A stretch of DNA of 64,000 nt, from contig VENG01000008.1 in the NCBI GenBank assembly GCA_009711705.1, positions 99,535-163,534 on the forward strand, read 5' to 3'. Under the pieces are notes generated by a model that saw only the letters and a program-made list of their open reading frames with translations, was not told where the DNA came from and did no database searches. Positions 8,386-17,155 of the stretch are shown here, in pieces (within the stretch, counting starts at the first letter, position 1; each line of letters opens with the position of its first letter). This stretch comes from Bacillota bacterium (GTDB taxonomy: Bacteria; Bacillota; Desulfotomaculia; Desulfotomaculales; VENG01). The translations under genes were made by a program, and so were the position numbers.

Positions 8386-9324
8386 TTATGGGAGTTGATT
8401 CAGGCTGGCAAAGGTATAACCCTGTTCCTTTAACTCCTTGATAATACTGTCCAGAGCCTTGGTGTTGGATTCGGAAACCGCATGCAAAAGGATAATAGCT
8501 CCGTTATGAATGTTATTGGTAACAAAGTTAAATGCTGCTTCTTTGCCGGGCTGATCGTCCACTACCCAGTCCCGGTAGGCCATACTCCAGAAAATGGTTT
8601 TATATCCTTCCTGAGCCGCCACATCCAGTACCCGCTGGTTAAATTCTCCCCGGGGAGGGCGGAAGTAGTGTAATTCTTGGCCTGTCAGTTGTTCCACTTG
8701 TGTTTCCACTGTACCAAGCTCTTCTTTAATTTTCTCGCTACTTATGGTCGGCATACTGGGGTGCGTGTCGCTGTGATTACCTATAATGTGACCTTCTTCA
8801 GCCATCCTTTTTATCAGGTCGGGCTTGTCCTTCACATAATCGCCGGTGACAAAAAAGGCTGCCGGTACTTTATTTACTTTTAAGGTATCCAGTATTACCG
8901 GGGTGTAGCCATTTTCGTAGCCTTCGTCAAAGGTAAGGAAAATCCTTTTTTGGTTGGTATCCCCCAGGTAATACCCCTTATTTTTAAGCATTTGTAAGTA
9001 CTGTGAGTCAGTGCTAGGGGGTGAATGCTGATTGTTACGATCACGCTTAAAATACCAGCCGTAGACTTTGTTATCCACTGTGTTTATAGGTTCGGGAGGG
9101 GATTGCAAACTGTCTAATCGCTCCCGCAGCCTTTGCTTTTCCTCTTCCAGCGCAGTTGTTTGTTGCTTATATTCGGCAATGCGGCTTTGCAACTGCTCCA
9201 GCTGTGCCGCTCCTTCCTCTGTCACGTCACCCGCGGCGGGGGAGATACCAAAAGAATAGGTTCCCACCAGGTAAATATTTAGCCCCAGAGAAAGTATCAA
9301 AAGCCAAGGTAAATATTTTCGCAA
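8386..9324 (-). CDS. polysaccharide deacetylase (NodB family, PdaA-like), membrane-anchored with coiled coil
   Basis: FLTFDEGYENGYT, HIIGNHSDTHP and IILLHAV motifs. TTG 9324 follows SD AAAGGAGGAG and starts the TM helix (M)RKYLPWLLILSLGL. The track start 9432 is less likely. Confidence 0.75.
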   Translation of the reverse strand: MRKYLPWLLILSLGLNIYLVGTYSFGISPAAGDVTEEGAAQLEQLQSRIAEYKQQTTALEEEKQRLRERLDSLQSPPEPINTVDNKVYGWYFKRDRNNQHSPPSTDSQYLQMLKNKGYYLGDTNQKRIFLTFDEGYENGYTPVILDTLKVNKVPAAFFVTGDYVKDKPDLIKRMAEEGHIIGNHSDTHPSMPTISSEKIKEELGTVETQVEQLTGQELHYFRPPRGEFNQRVLDVAAQEGYKTIFWSMAYRDWVVDDQPGKEAAFNFVTNNIHNGAIILLHAVSESNTKALDSIIKELKEQGYTFASLNQLP

Positions 9325-9437
9325 TTGTACTCCTCCTTTGGAATTATTGCTATGACCAACTTGCAAGACCCAACTGCGATCAATGTTTTTCAACACAACC
9401 GGGAGGGGGTGCCTCCCGGTTTGTCCCTTCAAATTAA

Positions 9438-10526
9438 TTAACGGGGAGTATATGCAGCCGTAACACTTCGATAAAGGTTTTCATTATTTATTCCGGTCCA
9501 GGTAATTTTTTTTACCGATCCCGCTTCCCGCTTGGTTATATACATTACCAGGTCCAGTACCCGGCAGGAATAACCCCACTCGTTATCATACCAGGCCATT
9601 GTTTTTACCAGGTTGTCGTCCATGACCAGGGTGGACATGGAATCAACAATGGAAGAGTGTGCATCACCGTAATAATCTTTGGAAACCAGGGGGGCTTCGC
9701 TATAACCCAGGATCCCTTTTAAGTCACTTTCAGATGCATTGCGCAGGGTTTCGTTTACTTGTTCCGCTGAAGTTTTGCGGCCCACCACGGCCACAAAATC
9801 TACTAAGGATACGTTAGGGGTGGGCACCCGAATGGCAAATCCATTTAATTTACCCTCCATTTCAGGCATAACCAATCCCACTGCTTTAGCTGCACCCGTA
9901 GTGGTGGGGATCATAGACATATTTGCCGCCCGGGCACGCCTGAGGTCTTTATGCGGCAAATCCAGAATCTGCTGGTCATTGGTATAGGAGTGCACGGTGG
10001 TCATGACTCCCTTTTCGATACCAAAACTATCATGTATCACTTTCACCACCGGAGCCAGGCAATTGGTGGTACAGGATGCATTAGATATAACGTGGTGCCT
10101 TTCGGGATCATATTCTTGGTGGTTTACACCCATCACAATGGTGGCATCGATTTCTTTGCCCGGGGCGCTGATAACCACTTTCTTAGCCCCTGCCTGTATA
10201 TGTTTGGATGCTTCTGCTCCTTTTGTGAAACGGCCCGTTGACTCTATGACTATGTCAACTCCCAGATTACCCCAGGGAAGAGCGGATGGGTCTTTTTCAG
10301 CTAAAACTTTTACTTCTTTCCCATTTATTGAGAATTTACCTTCTTCGGCCCGTATGTCGTCGTTGAGCACACCGTGTACCGAATCGTACTTCAAAAGATG
10401 GGCCAGGGTCTTGGCATCTGTAAGATCATTAACGGCAACTATATCTACGTCGGGGTTGTCCATAGCCACCCTAAAAACATTGCGTCCTATACGTCCAAAG
10501 CCATTGATACCCACTTTGACTGCCAA
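9438..10526 (-). CDS. gap: glyceraldehyde-3-phosphate dehydrogenase
   Basis: VKVGINGFGRIGRNVFR, active site SNASCTTNCLAP, WYDNEWGYS. Likely TTG start 10526 after AAAGGAGTG. About 30 aa C-terminal extension. Confidence 0.9.
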   Translation of the reverse strand: MAVKVGINGFGRIGRNVFRVAMDNPDVDIVAVNDLTDAKTLAHLLKYDSVHGVLNDDIRAEEGKFSINGKEVKVLAEKDPSALPWGNLGVDIVIESTGRFTKGAEASKHIQAGAKKVVISAPGKEIDATIVMGVNHQEYDPERHHVISNASCTTNCLAPVVKVIHDSFGIEKGVMTTVHSYTNDQQILDLPHKDLRRARAANMSMIPTTTGAAKAVGLVMPEMEGKLNGFAIRVPTPNVSLVDFVAVVGRKTSAEQVNETLRNASESDLKGILGYSEAPLVSKDYYGDAHSSIVDSMSTLVMDDNLVKTMAWYDNEWGYSCRVLDLVMYITKREAGSVKKITWTGINNENLYRSVTAAYTPR

Positions 10527-10760
10527 AATAAACACTCCTTTCACCTTTGTATAAAGGTTGGTTTAATGATATCATCATTTTCACTGAATTATTGATAGTT
10601 TGTCTTTTTTTCTATAGGGAATCCATATAAAAGGCATGAAAATAACGGTTTAATTGACACAAAAAATCATTTAAGATTTATGTTACTAATAATGCTTGGA
10701 AAATATAGCCCAAGGATTTAAGATTATATAAGCTAATATTTTCAACAAGGTGGTGTAATT

Positions 10761-12914
10761 TTGGATAAAATAGATTTCATTGCTGGCCAAGTGGCAGCGG
10801 ACACAAAAATAAATCCCAAGCAGGTAGAAAAAGCAATTGCTCTTTTGGACGATGGTAATACTGTCCCCTTCATTGCCAGGTACCGTAAGGAAGTTACGGG
10901 TGAACTTGACGAAATTCAATTGCGTTCAATTGAAGAAAGGGTACAATACCTGCGGAACCTCTCCCAGCGCAAAGAAGAAGTATTACGTTTAATCGATGAA
11001 CAGGGCAAGCTTTCGCCAGAATTAAAAAACCAGATACTGCAGGCAAAAAAACTTACCGCGGTGGAAGATTTATACCGCCCGTATCGCCAGAAGCGGCGTA
11101 CAAGAGCCACAGTGGCGCGGGAAAAGGGCTTAGAGCCTCTAGCGCAGTATATGCTTGCCGGGCCTGCATCCGGCGATCCCAGGGACGAGGCTGCAAAGTA
11201 CGTTAACGAAGAAAAAGAAGTGTCAACCCCGGAAGATGCAATAAAAGGTGCATTGGATATCATTGCCGAAACAATAGCGGATGAACCTAATATTCGTGCT
11301 TGGTTGAGAGATTTTACCTGGAAAAAGGGTACTTTGTCAACTAAGGCCAAAGAAAAAGATGCCGAGTCTGTTTATGAAATGTATTATGATTACCGTGAAC
11401 CAATTAAAACAGTGGTGCCGCACCGGGTTTTAGCCATCAACAGGGGCGAGCGGGAGGGGATCCTGCGGGTACATATTGAGAGTGAAGAAGACACCGCCTT
11501 AGAATATTTGCATCAGCAGTGGTTACGGAAAGGCTCTGTAACAGCCGAACTGGTGGCTGAAGCACTTCAGGACGGTTATCGGCGCCTTTTGGCACCTGCT
11601 ATAGAAAGAGACGTCAGGGGAGAGCTCACGGAGAAGGCGGAAAAACAGGCCATTAGTATCTTTTCTCAAAACCTTCGCGGTCTATTACTGCAACCTCCCA
11701 TTAAAGGGGCTGTTGTATTAGGCGTAGACCCCGCGTACCGTACCGGCTGTAAATGGGCAGTGGTGGATGAAACCGGAAAACTTTTGGATGTGGGGGTGGT
11801 TTACCCCACTCCGCCACAAGAAAAAGTTAAAGCAGCAAAGGATACTTTTGAGCAGCTTTTGGACCGTTATGACTTTGATGTAATAGCCATAGGAAATGGT
11901 ACGGCATCCAGGGAAACCGAAAGTTTTGTAGCCGAGTTTATTGGTTCTATAAATAAAAAATCTTTGAAATATATTATTGTTAATGAAGCCGGGGCCAGTG
12001 TTTACTCAGCTTCAAAGGTTGCGGCACGCGAATTTCCTAAATTAGATGTTTCTGAGCGAAGCGCGGTTTCTATCGCCCGCCGCCTGCAAGACCCGCTGGC
12101 TGAACTGGTAAAAATAGAGCCCAGGTCTGTAGGCGTTGGGCAGTACCAGCATGATGTTTCCCCCAAGAAGCTGGAAGCTGAATTGGGTAAGGTTGTGGAA
12201 TCCGGTGTTAACTACGTGGGGGTGGATTTAAACACCGCTTCCGTGGAATTATTGCATTATGTTTCGGGTGTCAATACTACTGTGGCTAAAAATTTAGTTG
12301 AGCACCGCAATGCTAACGGCCGGTTTAAAAGCCGCGCGGAATTGAAAAAAGTACCACGCCTGGGTCCCAAGGCCTTTGAGCAGGCAGCAGGCTTCTTAAG
12401 ACTGCGGGATTGTAGTAATCCACTGGATAATACACCCGTCCACCCGGAATCGTATGGCGTGGCCAAAGAGCTTTTGTCCATGCTGGGCTGTTCCTTGCAA
12501 GACGTGGGTACTGCTGAGTTAAAAGCAAAATTAAATGATGTCAATGTAGAGAGAGTTGCCGCCGAAACCGGGGCCGGTATTCCTACATTGAGAGATATCA
12601 TAGAAAGTTTAAAGAAACCGGGGCGAGATCCCCGGGAAGATTTACCGGCACCAATTTTCAGAACCGATGTTTTAAAGCTGGAGGATTTGCGTGAGGGCAT
12701 GATTTTAAAAGGGACCGTGCGTAACGTGGTGGATTTCGGTGCCTTTGTAGACATTGGAGTTAAGGTGGACGGTTTGGTACATATATCTCAAATTTCTGAC
12801 CGTTATGTAAGGCACCCCATGGATGTAGTGTCTGTTGGTGATGTAGTCACGGTAAAGGTGTTGTCTGTGGATTTAAGCCGGCAGCGGGTAAGTTTAAGTA
12901 TGCTGCTGCAGTGA
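10761..12914 (+). CDS. tex: Tex transcription accessory protein (S1 RNA-binding)
   Basis: 717 aa. N-terminus VPFIARYRKEVTGELDE; C-terminal S1 domain GTVRNVVDFGAFVDIG. Confidence 0.9.
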   Translation: MDKIDFIAGQVAADTKINPKQVEKAIALLDDGNTVPFIARYRKEVTGELDEIQLRSIEERVQYLRNLSQRKEEVLRLIDEQGKLSPELKNQILQAKKLTAVEDLYRPYRQKRRTRATVAREKGLEPLAQYMLAGPASGDPRDEAAKYVNEEKEVSTPEDAIKGALDIIAETIADEPNIRAWLRDFTWKKGTLSTKAKEKDAESVYEMYYDYREPIKTVVPHRVLAINRGEREGILRVHIESEEDTALEYLHQQWLRKGSVTAELVAEALQDGYRRLLAPAIERDVRGELTEKAEKQAISIFSQNLRGLLLQPPIKGAVVLGVDPAYRTGCKWAVVDETGKLLDVGVVYPTPPQEKVKAAKDTFEQLLDRYDFDVIAIGNGTASRETESFVAEFIGSINKKSLKYIIVNEAGASVYSASKVAAREFPKLDVSERSAVSIARRLQDPLAELVKIEPRSVGVGQYQHDVSPKKLEAELGKVVESGVNYVGVDLNTASVELLHYVSGVNTTVAKNLVEHRNANGRFKSRAELKKVPRLGPKAFEQAAGFLRLRDCSNPLDNTPVHPESYGVAKELLSMLGCSLQDVGTAELKAKLNDVNVERVAAETGAGIPTLRDIIESLKKPGRDPREDLPAPIFRTDVLKLEDLREGMILKGTVRNVVDFGAFVDIGVKVDGLVHISQISDRYVRHPMDVVSVGDVVTVKVLSVDLSRQRVSLSMLLQ

Positions 12915-12982
12915 TTTATGCTTTATGGCGGATAGTTTGTTAAGTGCATTGGAATTGTTAAAAAGAAACGGAGGTATGGAAG

Positions 12983-14050
12983 GTGACCGCAGGCGGAACA
13001 GGAAATGGACCCGGGACGGGAGAATCATTTCTTAAACGAAAAAATGTAATCATTTCTGTAGACCGTTATTTAATCCAGGCGCTGGGCGCCATGGCCCTGG
13101 GTCTTTTTGCTTCACTTATTATAGGCCTTATTCTCAAAGTTACCGGGGAGCAATTATCCATTATTACCGGGGAGCAATTAACCTTTCTGATTGAGTCCGG
13201 TAAATTAGCCATGAATACACAGCTTATGGGGGCGGCTATAGGTGTCGCGGTTGCCTACGGTCTACAGGCGCCGCCTCTGGTAATGTTTGCTTCGGCCATC
13301 ACCGGTGCAGCCGGGGCTTCTTCAGGCGGCCCCGCCGGGAGTTTTGTTGCGGCTGTCCTTGGTGCCGAATTCGGCAAGTTAGTATCCAAGGAAACGCCCC
13401 TGGATATCATAGTCACCCCGGTGGTTACTATTTTGGTAGGTTTTGCTGCCGCCACCACGGTGGGGCCGGCCATTGACGCCGGCATGAAATCACTGGGTGA
13501 TCTGATTGTATGGGCTACCGAACTGCAGCCTATCCCGATGGGGATACTTGTGGCCAGTCTGATGGGGCTGGCATTGACGGCTCCCATCAGCAGTGCGGCG
13601 CTGGGTATTATGATGGGGCTTGACGGCCTTGCTGCAGGGGCGGCAACTGTAGGATGTGCGGCCCAGATGATAGGTTTTGCCGTGATTGGCTTTAGAGAAA
13701 ACGGCGTAGGAGGGTTGTTTGCCCAGGGACTTGGAACCTCCATGTTGCAAATTCCTAATATAGTCCGCAACCCCTGGATAATTTTACCCCCTACCCTCGC
13801 CGGCGCGGTGCTGGGCCCCTTCGCCACCACAGTGTTTGCCATGAAAAGCATTCCCATCGGTTCTGGAATGGGAACTGCCGGTCTAGTGGGGCAATTTGCC
13901 ACTGTTACTGCCATGGGATTTACAACCGGGGTTTTATGGAAAATAATACTATTGCATTTTGTAGCGCCTGCCGTTTTGGCTGGTGCAGCAGCTATGATGA
14001 TGCGCAAAATGGGTAAAATTAAGAGCGGTGATTTGAAACTTGATCTTTAA
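12983..14050 (+). CDS. polytopic membrane protein, PTS EIIC-like (PF13303-type)
   Basis: Gly/Ala-rich, about 10 TM. Family assignment is from recalled similarity only. Confidence 0.45.
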   Translation: MTAGGTGNGPGTGESFLKRKNVIISVDRYLIQALGAMALGLFASLIIGLILKVTGEQLSIITGEQLTFLIESGKLAMNTQLMGAAIGVAVAYGLQAPPLVMFASAITGAAGASSGGPAGSFVAAVLGAEFGKLVSKETPLDIIVTPVVTILVGFAAATTVGPAIDAGMKSLGDLIVWATELQPIPMGILVASLMGLALTAPISSAALGIMMGLDGLAAGAATVGCAAQMIGFAVIGFRENGVGGLFAQGLGTSMLQIPNIVRNPWIILPPTLAGAVLGPFATTVFAMKSIPIGSGMGTAGLVGQFATVTAMGFTTGVLWKIILLHFVAPAVLAGAAAMMMRKMGKIKSGDLKLDL

Positions 14051-14080
14051 CCCACAAACAAAAACAAAAGGAGCAATCAT

Positions 14081-14965
14081 ATGAAGTTTGAAAGTGTACT
14101 GGGTACAATAGGAAATACTCCTATGGTCGATATATCATTGTTTTCTCCCAATCCCCAGGTGAAAATATGGGCCAAGCTGGAAGGCGATAACCCAGGTGGA
14201 TCAGTTAAAGACCGTACGGCTAAATATCTTTTTGCCGAGGCCGAAAGAAAAGAGGCACTTCTTGATGAACGTATTCTACTGGAACCTACCAGTGGTAATA
14301 CGGGCATAGCTCTGGCCATGATCGCAGCCATAAAAGGGTATCGTTTTACAGCAGTGATGCCCGATAATGTGAGTTGGGAAAGGAGAAAGCTGCTGGCGGC
14401 TTACGGGGCTGAACTGATTTTGACCGAGGGAGCCAAAGGAACAAACGGTTCCATCGAGGCGGCCCGACAGATGGTTAAGGATAATCCAACTTATTATATG
14501 TTTGATCAGTTTGAAAATGATGCCAACCCCAAGGCTCACTACGAGACAACCGGGGCGGAGATAATCGCTGATGTACCCGAGATAAACGCTTTTGTGGCCG
14601 GTGTGGGCACTGGGGGAACGCTTACAGGCGCCGGCAGAAGGTTAAGGGAGTACAGCCCGTCCATAAAGCTTATCGGCCTAGAGCCGGTGCGCAACAGTGG
14701 AGTGCAGGGGCTACGCAATATGGAAGATTACAAGCCGCTTGTTTACGATGATACATTATTGGATGAAAAAATGATCATTCCGGATGAAGAATCCTTCAGG
14801 TTGGCCCGGGCACTTTTTAAACAGGCCGGCATTTCCGCAGGGATTTCTTCCGGTGCCGCATTATGGGGAGCCATAGAGTACGCAAAAATCATGAAAAAAG
14901 GAACCATAGTAACGGTTTTCCCGGACCGGGTTGATAAATACATGTCAACAAACCTTTTGGATTAG
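14081..14965 (+). CDS. cysK: cysteine synthase (O-acetylserine sulfhydrylase), PLP-dependent
   Basis: NPGGSVKDR lysine motif and TSGNTGIALA; 294 aa; SD AAAGGAG. Confidence 0.85.
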   Translation: MKFESVLGTIGNTPMVDISLFSPNPQVKIWAKLEGDNPGGSVKDRTAKYLFAEAERKEALLDERILLEPTSGNTGIALAMIAAIKGYRFTAVMPDNVSWERRKLLAAYGAELILTEGAKGTNGSIEAARQMVKDNPTYYMFDQFENDANPKAHYETTGAEIIADVPEINAFVAGVGTGGTLTGAGRRLREYSPSIKLIGLEPVRNSGVQGLRNMEDYKPLVYDDTLLDEKMIIPDEESFRLARALFKQAGISAGISSGAALWGAIEYAKIMKKGTIVTVFPDRVDKYMSTNLLD

Positions 14966-15090
14966 CTTCACCACAATCCCTATAAGATTGGTCCCAAAAA
15001 ACGAGGTGGTATAGCCTTCTCCTTGTTTGTTGCACGGTATTTGGGGCAATACTGTTTTAAACGGTAACCAATAAGTAAGGGGGAAGGGTA

Positions 15091-15453
15091 ATGGCTGTGA
15101 TGAGCCAGGAACAGTTTACAGATGTATTTAATAAAGAGTGGCTGGAAAAAGAGGCCTTTATTGTACAGTTGGGAATGGATGACGGAGAAGTCTTCCGGGC
15201 TACAGTGATTTCTCACGCAATCCAAACCACAACGGGGGTAAAGGGTGAGATAAAAAAGGCCTTTGTTCAGGAAGGATTATCAACAGACAGGCAGTTTCTG
15301 CATATTACCGCTACCAATTTAGAGACAAAAAAAGATACCCAGACTCATTTGTTGATTGAGTTGGATGAAAGTGCTGTGTATGATGGAAGGCCAAATAACA
15401 TGGTCATAATTACGGACCGAGAACTGGTAAGCTTTATGAGACCACAACAGTAA
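15091..15453 (+). CDS. hypothetical protein
   Basis: 120-aa ORF with SD AAGGGGGAAGGG before the ATG. Confidence 0.4.
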   Translation: MAVMSQEQFTDVFNKEWLEKEAFIVQLGMDDGEVFRATVISHAIQTTTGVKGEIKKAFVQEGLSTDRQFLHITATNLETKKDTQTHLLIELDESAVYDGRPNNMVIITDRELVSFMRPQQ

Positions 15454-15639
15454 ATAGATGCCCATTTATAACTGTTCAATTAATGTGACTTCCATTCAAG
15501 GTGACAATATGACCGTTCAAATGTATTTCGTTGCAGTTTGCCGGTGAAGATTATAAAATAGCACAAAAGTATTATGCGAAAATTCTTAAACTTACAGCTC
15601 GGGCAGTTTTGGCGCAACTTTTTAAGTGAGGTGCTTTAT

Positions 15640-15924
15640 ATGACAGCAAACGAAATTGTCCTTCATGTTAGAAAATTGGAAAAAGCTCTGGTAACGCATG
15701 CGGATGTGGAAGACGCAGTAGTTCTAAGTGAAGAAAACCCGGAAAGTGAGACTTTTGTACTCAAAGTCTTTGTGGAACCTTCTTCCAACGACTCAGAGAC
15801 GGAGAAGAAAATAAGAGAGTTCTGTATTAGTCAGTCCAATGCTTTGCCCACAGAAGTGATTTTCAGGGAAATTCCCCGCACCCCCTCTGGAAAGGTAGCA
15901 CGGCAGCAGCTTCTAATGGCATAG
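15640..15924 (+). CDS. stand-alone AMP-binding-enzyme C-terminal subdomain
   Basis: VEDAVVL...FVLKVFVEP...IREF...LPTEVIFREIPRTPSGKVARQQL matches the C-terminal lid of acyl-CoA synthetases. ATG 15640 follows GTGAGGTG. No N-terminal domain is nearby. Confidence 0.55.
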   Translation: MTANEIVLHVRKLEKALVTHADVEDAVVLSEENPESETFVLKVFVEPSSNDSETEKKIREFCISQSNALPTEVIFREIPRTPSGKVARQQLLMA

Positions 15925-16196
15925 TGGTTTTATAGTCTAAGCAGGTCCTGTAAAGGGCCTGTTTTATTTTACTTTAGGGTATACCTTGCCATATAAATGG
16001 CAAGGACAAAGGAAAAAAGTACTGAAAAGCGCGCGCCATGTGCCCAGAATGGGTATAAGGGAACTGATTTAGTGCGCTTTTCTTGTGCTGAGCAAAAAAA
16101 GGTGCCTGTCCCATTTTTTATTATTGACGTGAACAGTGTTATGGCCATAAAATCTAATTTAGCGTATGGACAACCATATAATCAGCGGGGGACATT

Positions 16197-16517
16197 GTGA
16201 TGAGTTTTATATTTATCTGTCTGGCTACAGGTGGCTTAATAGGTTTTTTCAGACCACCGTCGAAAGCCTTGGCCAAGTATGTCAACTTTGCTACCATGGC
16301 GGGACTGTTTATTTTGCTGGTGTCCATGGGGGCACAGCTTGGTTCCAATAAAAAGGTGGCGGCGGATCTGGGGCAAATGGGTTTCCAGGCCTTTGTTTTA
16401 GCGGGCATGAGCGTACTGGGAAGCATTTGTCTGGTACGTTTGCTTGCCGCTAGCCTAGAAAAGAGACTCTCCCTGTCAGCGACTAAGGATATTGGTAAGG
16501 CAGGTGAAAACCGTTGA
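16197..16517 (+). CDS. LysO/DUF340 family membrane protein, small subunit
   Basis: 106 aa, 3 TM. Its stop overlaps the TTG start of the next gene. Confidence 0.6.
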   Translation: MMSFIFICLATGGLIGFFRPPSKALAKYVNFATMAGLFILLVSMGAQLGSNKKVAADLGQMGFQAFVLAGMSVLGSICLVRLLAASLEKRLSLSATKDIGKAGENR

Positions 16518-17110
16518 CAGGACTGGTAGTGGGAGCGGTCGTTTTAGGTATGGTATGGGGTAGGTGGTTTTTGCCTGTATCTTTGGTCGGGCATTTGGAA
16601 CTGGTAACTAACATAGCCCTTGGTCTTATGCTGGTGGGAGTCGGTATTGAACTAGGCGGTAAGCGTTCCACATGGCGTCGTTTGCGTGTGCTGGGGTGGC
16701 GGGTCCTGCTGGTGCCGCTGGCGGTTGGTATAGGTAGTTTAGCCGGCGCGGTGGGGGCAGGGTTGATGCTGAATCTTCCGTTTAACGAATCCTCGGCTAT
16801 CGGTGCCGGGTTTGGCTGGTACAGCCTCTCCGGTGTTTTGATTGCCCAAATTTATGACGTTCAGGTGGGTGCCCTGGCTTTTCTCACCAATGTAATCAGG
16901 GAGCTTATGGCCTTTATGCTGATACCTGTTTTGGCTGTAAAAATGAGTAAATTGATGGCTGTAGCCCCTGGTGGAGCCACTACCATGGATACAACTCTGC
17001 CTGTTATTTCCAGGGCAACAGACGCTGATACCACGATCATTGCCCTGGTCAACGGGACATCTCTTTCTTTAATGGTTCCTTTGCTGGTACCATTGCTGAT
17101 CAGCCTGTAA
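16514..17110 (+). CDS. LysO/DUF340 family membrane protein, large subunit
   Basis: GFGWYSLSGVLIA...APGGATTMDTTLPVI, typical of YbjE/LysO-like exporters. Confidence 0.65.
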   Translation: MTGLVVGAVVLGMVWGRWFLPVSLVGHLELVTNIALGLMLVGVGIELGGKRSTWRRLRVLGWRVLLVPLAVGIGSLAGAVGAGLMLNLPFNESSAIGAGFGWYSLSGVLIAQIYDVQVGALAFLTNVIRELMAFMLIPVLAVKMSKLMAVAPGGATTMDTTLPVISRATDADTTIIALVNGTSLSLMVPLLVPLLISL

Positions 17111-17155
17111 TTTTACCAATAACTCAACGCCTGGTGCCTGGCACCATGTGTTGAG

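Noticed and set aside
9438-9530. ~30-aa C-terminal extension of GAPDH (…ITKREAGSVKKITWTGINNENLYRSVTAAYTPR)
   Set aside because: This is probably just a late stop codon. There is no motif and nothing to test from sequence alone, so it is noted only in the feature.
13255-14007. Long antisense ORFs in the track (e.g. 13255..14007 -, 19703..20428 -, 25344..25967 -, 46257..46796 -, 51195..51644 -, 63136..63639 -)
   Set aside because: Each lies entirely inside a well-supported gene on the other strand, lacks an SD and has a biased, repetitive composition typical of shadow ORFs.
15970-16196. Lysine riboswitch (L-box) upstream of the LysO-family genes
   Set aside because: I looked for the conserved L-box helices and could not identify them. 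Only a 9-bp hairpin (15983..16007) and a plausible promoter (TTGACG near 16125) are visible.
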